Shown here: one piece after another, positions 27,201-38,385 of the stretch
How the letters are laid out: each line of letters begins with the position of its first letter
Position numbering within the stretch: position 1 is the stretch's first letter
Source of the DNA: Glaucostegus cemiculus
Taxonomy: Eukaryota
Reading direction: 5' to 3'
Length of the DNA stretch: 64,000 bases
Assembly (NCBI GenBank): GCA_976551045.1
Contig: CDPCPM010000019.1
Coordinates: forward strand, 4,464,001 to 4,528,000
Position numbers and translations under genes: made by a program
The notes under the pieces: model-generated
What the model saw: only the letters and a program-made list of their open reading frames with translations
Databases searched by the model: none
Told to the model about the DNA's origin: nothing

Positions 27201-30200
27201 CTTTGCATAGTTTATTAGGAAATAAACTTGAATTAGTTATTTCTATCCTTTTTAGCTTTGGATTCTTTAATTTTGTACACGTATAAGCAGTGCGAATTAA
27301 ACAGCAAGCAAAACACAATTGCTTTAATTAACTGAATTTTTTCCCCCAAGAGATCATAAGGTGATGAGCAGAAGATTCATTCTCGTATCAGGTTCAATGT
27401 GCAAGAATTTTTTTTAAAGAAGAGTTCAATTCTGATGCATATTTTCTGTTACAATTTAAATTTTATTCCCTATTACCACTTTCTCATGTAGACTTTAAAA
27501 ATGTGTTGTTCAATCCAAAACCTCTTAAAAAGGATCTAAATAACAACTGGTGAAATGTATTCTTGGTTTGTTTTATTTTAGGAATTAAATTGACATTGCA
27601 CTAATGAAAAATAAATAAGGCTCTGAATTACAATGACAGAACTAACTCTAGATGCCATGTGTTCTCCTGTTTAGAATAGAGAAGAATATAGATGTATGTG
27701 TGTTAGATATTGCTGAATCAAACAAAGAGAATCTGAGTGGCAGATCATAGCTGATTTACCAACCCAACTTGCCACCATATCAGAATAACGACAAGCCTTA
27801 CATTGAATTAACAATTTGACTTTGTATTTTCTAGTTTCCTACAGAAAAATTACTCATTTTAATTTCGAAAGTACAGAATTCAATAAACAGCATAATTACA
27901 CATTGTAAATACAAATTATTTTAAATTAATTCCAATCACTACTGCTGCATATTTTGGATTAATATTTGACATAATAAGCACAATACAGCAAAATGCTGGT
28001 GACATTAGCTTCCTTTTGAATAGAAAATATGGACCACAAGTACAACAATTAAGTTCCTCTAATACGTTAAATATAGTACGTTTAATCTCTGATGATGGAT
28101 TCTATTAAGGAAATTTTTAACAGCACAGAAAAAAAACCACACATTTAGAATCAGTGCACATGACCATTTAGATCTTTGGGGTATCTGAGTTGCAGCTGTA
28201 TTTAGGAGACAGTCTATACATGAGCAGGAGCAAAAGGCAGACCGTGCAGAGAAAGAAATCTTTGGTATCTTTGGTATCATCGACGCGATTAAAATTACAA
28301 ATGGAAAAATTCAGTGAGGTAGCCTCTTTGGTTCTCACTAGAAGTAGAAAGAGCTTTTACATATAGTTCATACCTGGAAGCAGCGAGTTCAGGGTTTTTT
28401 TTTCTGTCTCTTGTCACTAATGCTAAGGACTTCTTCACAATCAAAAGAAGTTATCTAAAGTCATTTGGACACAGGGCTAAACAATGGTGGAAAGATAGTT
28501 AAAGTATTTCCTGTTGTGTATTCATTTTCCCATCAGTACATGCTGTATTGTTCCATATAAAATCATTGCTCCATGTAATTATTAGTAAGACTGAAGGGTT
28601 ATCTTTCAGCGCTTATAGTGGAATAATTCTTTGGCATTGAAAATTCAGAATAAAAGATGAAGTGCTTGAAGGCCCTAAAATCCAAACACAGGTAACAATA
28701 ATAAAAATGTTAGATTGGCTCAGGTAGTTTTTGCACAGAAAGCACCAAGTTCAACTTTTATTGGATGCCGACTGATACAGTTTGGGAAAACCTAACGCTT
28801 CTATAATTTTACAGGAAGCAGAAGTGGATTTGTGTTAAATGTATAGTTATGTGCTTGCAATGTTACTCCCAGTGGTAATTTGTTTTATTCTAATAAAACC
28901 AAAATAGTCAAAGTTAAAGAATTAACCTTGACTGCTTAAAGCAGACAGTGTGAAAGCTTGAGGCCATCCAAAGCACTACATCTTTTATTTTAAATGCATT
29001 TATAGTATTTGATAAATAAGAGAAAAATCACTGTTTAAATATATAGTTCACAATAAATACCCCAAATAATAATACAAATAATAATAATAAAGCTAATATA
29101 GCTTTTTTAAAATTTCTAACCTACAGTCAAAAGCACTTTAAAAATTACTAACTTGTTTAGAAATCAGCTTTTGTTAGTTAAATCACTTACATGGCATGTG
29201 GGTATTGTGACTTGCAATGCAAATATCACTGTCAGCTGTCTGAACTTGTTGCCACAATATGGTATATTTTTAACAGCCAAGGTGGTAAAAAATAATAAGA
29301 GCCACACAGGGAAAATACCGTTGATTCTCTCTGTGGGGACTACCTTCAATTTGCTGGTCCAATCGGTTTGGTTTCTTTGGATATAGCTTTGTTTAAGGAT
29401 AAAAGCTTCCACATTCCTGGATAAAGCCTTTGGAATACAGTATACCAATACTGCACTGTCTTCTTTTTGTACAATTCTTGGAGATTTCCTGATATTCTTG
29501 AAAGTTGAACTCATCTTAGACGTGTGCATGGACTCCATGCACAAGATGCTGAGCTAAAGGTCAATTGACACACAATGAAAAAGAAACTCACAGGATTCTT
29601 AGGTTAAAGCACAAATTATACATTAGCTATTGTAGTCATTTACCAAATTCACCAATGAACATTACCAGTGGGCTTGTTGTGCTTAAGATGAAAAGTGAAT
29701 TTTGTAAAAAAAAAATCTATTATTCAATAGATCCTGAGCCTTCTAAATTAAATAATTATCATGTCAACATTTCAAAATAGAAAATTATAAATTTTAACTT
29801 GATAGACAGTACAAGTAAATTAATTTAAAATATATTAATATTGAATGAACTGTATTAAATTATAATAGATTGAATCATCAAAATTATTATTTCACTTAAA
29901 TTATCCACTGGAAACTTGAGTAAGAAATAATTGGCTCTATTGAATACTTGCTATATGACTAAAATCAGATACCACAGTAATGCTTAGTAATTAACATAAC
30001 GCAACATATGATTTGCAAATACTCCCATATTTCGTTACCTTTACCGGGATATGGGAATAGGTTGCTGTCTTTGGTAGAGGTGTTTAATCTGCCCCTTAAC
30101 ATCTTGTGCCTGGAGCCATTTGGATCCATTTGTCGGTATCCTGTTCCACTAGAATTGCTAATTAAGAGGAAATTGTAAAATTGAGTGGGCATTTCCCTCC

Positions 30201-31753
30201 CTTAGTAAAATGGGCATTGAAGGACAGGCCAGTAATGCAAACAGCACTCAACTGTGTTGCATAAAAAAATACAAGCAGATCCACGTCTCTGTGAAGGTGA
30301 CTTTGGTCGAAGCGGAAGAGGTTTTCTGTTGTTCTGTACAACGTCTCTCAAAAACTGCATAGGCACACGTTAAAGACAATATTCAACTTTAAGAGGCGGA
30401 GAGTGTCGTCAAATGAAGCAGCGATGACCCTGGCATTGCTTCCTTCTTGTTGCTGCTTTGCTTTTTAACCCTTTCAAAACTCTGCTTCCCTAAACGACTA
30501 AGACATCCATTGAAACACAGTGCCTACGTTGTTTCCTGACGTGCTTTTTTTTTACAAGTTTGTTGCAGAACAATTAGGTGCAGAAAAAGTTTCTTTGGTT
30601 TCGATTTAATAATAAATAGAAAAAAAAAGTATCAAGTGTCTTCACGAGAGTCTTTAAAGCCTTTGGCTTGCCTTTGAACACACCAGCGGTGTTCTTAAAG
30701 GGCCCGTTCAGTGGTGAATGTGCACATGTGGGAGGAAGAAGATGAGTTGATGCCTCGCTTTAGGAAAAATAAAGCTATTTAATGCTTGTGCTTCTGCACT
30801 CACCGTGGGAAGCCCCCTTTCCATGGGCTACTCAGTGCGTTTGCAGTACTAAACTAGCCTTGCTCATGAATAGAAACTAAGTGTAGGATTGCATAATAAC
30901 CAACAACTATTAAGACAAATAATAATTACCCTTCCAACAGCCAACAACTGCTGTTAAGACTCAATGGTCCTGATATTTTCAGAGAGCAAACAGGAAAAAG
31001 GAGACCATATGGCTGGACATTACAGAATGTCACAGAATTCGTGACTGAAAGGAATGCGCTTGAATGTTGTGCTTGCATCCCCGCCGTTATCAGCTCTACC
31101 CAGGGAGTGGATATGGTGGCGAGCGCACGCTTAAAAGCATCATTAAAAAAAATCAAATTGTGCAGCGTGAAAGTAGGCTTGGAAATGTCCACGATGCTTT
31201 TGATAGTTTGTGCTTGCATACTCATCACCAACAGCCCATTGTTAAACAGTCCGATTAGTGATGAGGTAGCATGATTGTACAAATGCTCTCCAATAATTCT
31301 ACTGCTTTAAAGAAAACATCTTCAAAATGGGCGTCACTTACTTTCGGAATCTGTGCATGTTTCCCCACATATAAAATCGTTGTTCGCTTGGCCACGAACT
31401 GACAACTGAACCAACTCACAAAAGGATCGACCTTTCCCTCAACCTTCAGGCAAAGCACTAGACAGGTTATTGCTTGGCAACATAACTCGTTGTACCCTGC
31501 CTGATTACATCCAAAAATTCACCAAACTGACTCTTAGGTTCCATGTCAGGTTATAGCAAGCGCTCAAGTGATTTGGGGGACAATCTTAAATGCCAGACGC
31601 ATTAAAATATGTGCCGTCCCTTTTTTATGTATATAAAAAAAAGGTGTTTAATGAAAATTGTGCTTATGCACTCACCACTGAACAGCCTCTTCAAAAAGCA
31701 AAAAAAAAGGAAAAGGTGTTGAGTTGTGCCCAGTTCAGGTGCACTGTCCTCAA

Positions 31754-32046
31754 TCATGCTTTGGTACAAGTGCTTGAGGTCGACGATGAAGCGCCTGGGC
31801 TTGACATGGCTTCGTCCTGCCATTTGTCCAGGCTTCGCCTCCGGGCGTTCATAAAGAAATTACTGACGGTGCTTAACTCCAGACCGAGCTGTTGCGAGAT
31901 TGTGATCTGCATCTCCTTGGAAGGACGCTTATTTTCTTTGAAAATGGCGAAAAGAGTTCGGCGTTGGAGGTCAGTGAAAACTAGCCGTGGCTTCTTTGGT
32001 GTATTGCTCTTCTCTTTGTTCTGTTCTTGTTCTTTGCGTTTGCACG
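31754..32046 (-). CDS. ONECUT2: ONECUT2 exon 2: linker, atypical homeodomain and C-terminus
   Basis: A polypyrimidine tract and cag acceptor precede 32046, and the phase-1 join forms GCG. Translates as CKRKEQEQNKEKSNTPKKPRLVFTDLQRRTLFAIFKENKRPSKEMQITISQQLGLELSTVSNFFMNARRRSLDKWQDE...SSTSSTCTKA*, with the ONECUT-diagnostic F48/M50. Confidence 0.96.
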
Positions 32047-34509
32047 CTGCGAAGAGGAGAGAGAGAAAAAAGAATAATAATCAAGGATTTACCGAAACAG
32101 GGTGACTTTAATCTGGTCTGCACAATAATAAATCTTCCTTTAAATATAACTTCGTTCTGTCGACAGGTTAGTCGCTAATCACTTGATGGAAACAATCAGA
32201 CTCCCCACTTTTCTGACCCTTCATGTACAAAACACTCAGGTGTTAAAGCTGAAGCAAGACCATTATACAATAATCTATTGTTACGCTAATATTTTATTTT
32301 CTTTCCCTAACTTCTTAAAAAGTTATTTAGTTCTGTGGTTGAGTACATTTCTCCGGGCGTCGGGAACTCTCGATAGGGCTGAACGTTTTTTAATGCGCAT
32401 GCTTTGGCATTGGTAGGTTTATACCGACACGTCTCCCCGCAGTTCAGGTACGTATAGTTTCCAAGAAACACTGCTACCTCCATTCCCCAGACCACACTGT
32501 CCCAGCTAAATGTTTTATAAGGAATTGCACTGTGGTCACAACCATCAGGTTATGTTTCGAATCTAGAGATTTATGGATTGAATTCCCCAATTTCCCGAAA
32601 CTTTGCAAATGTGATCTCTTTTAACATTAATTGGATTGGAGTCCAACAGCTACTGACTTGCAGTCTATCGGGGAGTCAAAAGGGCTCCTGTTTGAAAATG
32701 CTGCCTCCCATCTGCTGGGATTCCCGGAAACCTTCGAGCAAAACACAAGAAAGTGGCAGGTAAAGGGAGATCAGCTGATCCGCCAAGCTGATTCTACACT
32801 CATGATGGCCACAACATTCTGGCAAGGCGCCTCCTAACGCTCTGTAGCCATCCGTGCTAGACTGGATCGAGAGATCGATCCGGACCAACAACAGAGATAT
32901 CGCAGCTGGCTGGCCTTGGTCCCGGAATGGATGAAATAATTCGGCGCTCCCGTTCCCATGTCCCGTCTGGTGCGATAGAGAGTTTGCAGTGAGCGAGCTT
33001 TTTTTTCTGCTGTTACACGATCAAGTGGGCTCCTGATGTCTGATTTTATGGACGAAGGGTGGCGAATTAGTCATTGCACATGGAGGCATTTTGTAACATC
33101 ATTTGACGTTTTCAAGGAAGCCGGGGAAGGGGTGAATTATTTTCCGAGGTGTTTGTGCAGCCTAGCGTCAAATACAAAAGAGACTTAATCCACAAATGGC
33201 TGTCGTCATCCTATTATTATAGCACAGTCCTACAAATAACGCCTAGCCAGCAGCAGGAGACTGTCCGCGGTGCTGAATTTTCAACTGTGATTGGGTGCAA
33301 TTGTTCATTTTATCTCTTCGATTTACTTGAATTGTTTTAACAGGATATATATTTATCTGCGCAGTATGTTAAATATTATATCTATGAAGCTTCCAGAAAA
33401 CGTATTTATTATTGATTTTTAATGTTAGAAAAGGAATATTTTATTGCTCCTGGGCGGTATCAACCATCTTTGGCCAGATGATGGCAGTGTTGTACACACA
33501 ATCCGCCGTCAATTTCCCTTGCCGTCTGAGTGAAATTGATAGGGCGTTATAGAATAACAAGAAAGCATTATTCTGCACTAATGATTGACACCCCTGTGAA
33601 TAATCAACTTATGTTGAAAGGTTCGCATCAGATTTTCTTTTCTTTCTTAATAAATCACAAATCAAAGTATTCACACACAAGTCTCCGATTCAGTTTCCCG
33701 TTGAAATCATACTTGCAAAGTGTAAAATGACGATTAGACTTGCTAATGGCCACGAATAATACGGATACATATCATAAATATGATTGAGCGGTACCTAAAC
33801 AATATGGTTGGCATCGAATCTCATTTCATTTTACCGCCTTGCTCGACTGAAATGCATTTCAATAAAGAACATCAATGCAAAGTATTGCATCAAATCGGGA
33901 AAAGCTTATTTAAGAATACGATTATCTTAATGAAAGTTTGAATCAGTACACATACATTCGGAATGTCTATGCTAGTCGCCTAATCCAGATAATTATCGCT
34001 TCTTGGTTATTGATCAACTCCACGAGTAAAGTTCGTCGATGGCGTAACTGCCTTGAGTCAATAAGTTATTTCTAACGTGCCTCAATGGCATTCAGCAAAT
34101 GTTGGCAATTTGGAAGGGCCTCGAAAATTAGCTTCTGCCATCACTGATAAACTAAACTGGCCTGAAAGGAATTAAACAGCAGGGGTTGGGGTTATGTAAA
34201 CTAATTATCGCCGTTTATTAATGGAGCCGAGTTGCTACTTATATCCTGCACAGGCTGGTTATCTCTTAGAATTTACAGGAACTAATAAAATACTTCTGTC
34301 ATTGTTGTTTGTAATAGTTAAACATCTCTTCCGCCGTTATCGGCAGTCTTCACCGCTCTCTTCTACTTTATTCTGGGGGTAATGTTTCCTGACTTGTGTA
34401 ACATGATATTAGCCACTGATATGTCTCTCTCCACCCCCACTGCCCCCACCTCAATTTCTATATTTCAGCTTGCAGAACTATCACAGATAAATTCAAACCC
34501 GCCCTTATC

Positions 34510-34548
34510 CAACCCTCCCCCCCCCCCCCCCCACCACCACCACCACCA
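34510..34548. repeat. Poly-C run followed by (CAC)n
   Basis: Read directly from the sequence. Confidence 0.75.
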
Positions 34549-34584
34549 ATCATAGGGTACTGGATGGAGATGAAGAGCGGATGA

Positions 34585-34722
34585 AGAACTCAAGGACACA
34601 GAAGTCAACAGCAGCATCACCCCTTCGGCCTGAGCTGAGGAATCGCTAGCTCAGCATAGAGTAGGAATGAACATTAAGATAGACATGGCCTCTATGGCTA
34701 AGGTACACACTACCTCCGCCCA
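34585..34722 (-). mobile_element. LF-SINE-like relic in the ONECUT2 intron
   Basis: The reverse complement 'gtgtgtaccttagccatagaggcc...ctctatgctgagctagcgattcctcagctcaggcc' aligns by eye with the LF-SINE head as I remember it ('gtactgagccatacagacc...gtctgtgctgagttagctgatctcagcc'). Confidence 0.4.
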
Positions 34723-37700
34723 ATTATGTTTGCTAATTATATTTGACTTATTGGTATGGATATTTAATTCAGAAACGTGCATATTTAAGAAGGGAATTAA
34801 AACGAAATAGTTACAAAAATACTTCCAGTTGGAGCTGGAAGATTATGATTACATCGAGTTTTGAAAAGTTTGTAGAAATTTCTGCACGTCCGAAATATGT
34901 AACCAATATAGACAAACATCCGACGAAAATTGCATAAGTAATCACCACGTTTTAAACTAACTGGCCTTGTTTATGAATATGACAGAGTGAATATCCACTC
35001 TCACTCAAATTCAACATCCGTGTTAAGAATTTCAACATCCAACTATTCTTCGTTTGTTCGGCAGAATGAAGCGGTATACAGATTGTTGGTTAATTCTGTC
35101 CTGATCTGTTCATTGAAGGCCAGTACCGAACAGCCTTGGATCTTACGGGTTTTTTTAAATGACATTTTAACTCGCTGCCGGGACTTTTCACTCTGAAGGA
35201 ACACATATCAGGTTTGAGCTCTGATATTTTTTACTGGATACATTCATTAGAATACCGACCTCAAAAGCTGCACAAAAGCATGTCCCCGGCTTTACTACAG
35301 AATACTGCCAATTCCTTAATCCTTGACCCCAATCCAAACAGAAAATATGGCCCAGTGCCAGCAAGTTTCCAAAACTAAACCAACTGTGACATCAAATAAA
35401 CTTAACAACAATGCTAATAAAAAGATAGCTCGTGTTACGCCATCGAATTAATAAGTTAATTAATCAACCAGTCGACTGATTGTACGTTTCGGACGCCAGA
35501 CATCAGCTCTTGACGTATCAAGTCAGGAGTTTACAAGACTCGTTGTAGTTCCCCTTGTACTTTGGGTGTACTTATTATAGCACGTTGAGGTGAAGTGGCT
35601 GGTGGTGCTTCATTGCTCAGATGAAAATCATGAAGATCAAAATTACTAAGAGCAGTCACAAGGTCGCGGCGGGCACAATGCCAAGCACACATAAGCAAAG
35701 ACTCTCAGATATTAACTAATAAGTTGTGAGAATGTCACCTATGAAAATAATTTTCCAATGTTTAGAAATGAAAGTTATTTCCCCACCCCCACACACCTAA
35801 AAAGATGCAAAGGGCGTGACATATCCCATCACTTAATAGAATAGAATTGGGGAAAATATTTGTATATATTTTCAAATCACGTTGAATAATAAGTATGTTA
35901 TTGCTGTTCCATAAAGGTTGTGCTCCAACTGTTGTTCAAAACATTAAGGATTTCGTTTATACTTAACTTTACATTACTTTGTTCTCTGCACCATTTGTTG
36001 CAAGTTTTTAAATACTGTTACATGCAAATTTAATTTTCCAGCATTTGTATTATGTTATTAATTATGAAGTTGTTTATTCCTTTTGTATTATATATTAAAC
36101 AATATCAATCAAATCCAAGATCAGTGTTAAGAACTGCAGCATCGAACTGTTCTTCATTTCTATTCGTCTATTTCAGATTAATTGTTTTAGAATGATCATT
36201 AATTATATTTTAATGCTGCTGGACCCACCATTTAAGGTAAAACAGTATCTGCAATAAAAACATATAACTACACATCACTGGTGATACCCGCATGTAGCAT
36301 GCAGAATGAGTGGTGAGCACATATTTCCCAATCAGTCTCAACAGTCAAAAAGTCAATCGGATGACGTTGTTTAAATGCTAATTACATCTTCTGATGTGGC
36401 GATTAATTAATCTTGCTTCTTAACAAACACTGTTTGCATAAAACACGTCTAGCACAAAAAAAGCGACGGTGGACTAAATACATGACGTGAGACGTCAGGT
36501 TAATTTATATGTTTGTGACGTATACGTGTTATTTATATATAAATTAATATGCGTCAAGCCGTGTGAAAGCCGTAATCCCTGCAATTTCTCCAACAATGTG
36601 CAGCCAGAGAAACATATTGTAAAGGGATCAATTAGCCTGCACCAACGCTGAACCTTGCCCTTTGAACTCAGTAGATTAATAAACCCATTAACTCACACAA
36701 TGCTCCTTAAATTGTTTCACATTCTGTATTTAAAAAAGTTTATTCACAAAATGAGTCGGAGTTAGTGAAATTGTTTCACTGAATGAAAAATGTTAAATTC
36801 GGCCATTTTTTTTAATTCCAAAAAATAAACCCAGCGTCCATTCCATTCACTGCTGAACCTTCCACCAAGCCACAATGTTCAGGCAAATTCTCATTAGTCA
36901 TTTCAATTCCTGGACATGCGAAAGTACTCTCTATTTATCTAAAATCAGTGAACCACTTATATCTTCCCTCGACCTATCTTACACTTGCATTTGTTGTCGA
37001 GTTCGGTATTTTGCTGTAGATGTGGTTTTGAACATGAATAGCAAGAACATTTTGTTGCAGCCGCATGGTTTCTAGATTAAACAACGAAATAGTCGAACAG
37101 TTGATATCAGGGTTAGTAAACTATTTCTATTTCTTTCAGTTTGATGAGGTAAGAGACAAGACAAATATACACCGGAAATGTGTGTACGGCGTTGATAATA
37201 TTGGATCAATAAAATAGAATTTCTAGGCATAATTTTATACTAGCTGTTCATACGTAACAAATAAACTGTACCTGTTATCTTATTCCATTCGCCCTCAAGA
37301 TTTCTTCTAATCCACACTGCAAGACCCTAACCGCTAAACTTTGGTTTAAATCAGTCTCAATGCCGACTGAACAGGGTTGCGGTCTGATTCATGACATCTC
37401 TGTCCTCGGTCCGCAATGGTGACAGAGCCACCGCCCTTCTGTCAGACCACTGAGGTCTTGTCCAATTTACACTCTGTGATTCCAAGTCCCTCTGAGGCTT
37501 GTTTATGTCTTGCCTTCTTATCCTTTCTTTTCTTCCTTGATTCTGTCAGTGCGCAATTCTCTAGGCTCCCTGGCCTCTTTAGGCTTTCTGTGAATTGTTA
37601 TATTTGCAAAATGTTTCAGCCTTGCTTGTTTATCTTACACGCTTCTTATATCGTGCTGTTGTATGAAGTGGTGCCGTCGTTTTTATGTTGCATAACTATC

Positions 37701-38249
37701 TAACCATAGATAGAGTTCAGAAGACATGGATTGCAAAACCACGCATCCCATTAGGATTACAAATGAAAAAATCAATAATGGGTTCTAATTACCTGTAAAG
37801 TTAAACAGGGCAGGCTGGAATAGTCACAAACACCACATCCCTCTCCCAGCGGCCTTGGTCTTTAAAGTATTCAAGAATTGCATCTATTTGACAGGTAAAA
37901 GTACCGAGGTAGATACGGAACTTTATACCTCTTGCTTTCTTATTTAAACGCGTGCCGCAAAAGAAGAATAGATCAGGATTTCACCAATAATATGGAACTT
38001 CAAAGGCATTTGTTCTTATGTTAAACTGCATTCATTTTCTTAAAAACAACTAAGGTCAAGCGCTCTGTGGTTAAGAGTACAAACACGTTTTTCAGTAGGA
38101 TGACATTCGCCAGTATTTAAAGGAGGAAATGTCAAATTTAGCATTATCTCACTTATCTTTTTTTTCATGCGCTCTTATTGGGCATGTTGTCAACGGTTTC
38201 AAAGTTATACCCACATAAATCTTTCTGGATTACATTTATATTTCATCCA

Positions 38250-38385
38250 GTTCTGACCACAGGTCACTAACAAAAGACATGATAACTTGTTTTCTCTCTT
38301 CACAGAGGCTGGCCGAACTGCTGAGAAATTCCAGAATTTCTGTTTCATTTTAGATTTCCAGCATCCGCAGTGCTTTGATTTTGCG
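38250..38385 (+). mobile_element. Penelope-type terminal-repeat fragment
   Basis: 'ctctcttcacagaggctggccgaactgctgag...tttagatttccagcatccgcagt' is homologous to other copies in the window. Confidence 0.5.

Larger units (their letters stand above)
20020..31753 (-). other. ONECUT2: Inferred very long ONECUT2 3'UTR (~11.7 kb)
   Basis: Runs from the stop codon to the candidate poly(A) signal, is nearly TE-free, and is strongly enriched for miR-9, miR-218 and let-7 seed matches on the mRNA strand. Mammalian ONECUT2 is known to have a 3'UTR over 10 kb. Confidence 0.6.

Noticed and set aside
28315-28337. TGAGGTAG and TCTTTGGTT on the + strand as let-7 or miR-9 miRNA genes
   Set aside because: Identity is limited to seed-length matches with no precursor hairpin. 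They are better explained as target sites on the minus-strand mRNA.
31590-32105. 171-aa + strand ORF
   Set aside because: It is the antisense shadow of ONECUT2 exon 2 and has no recognisable domain.
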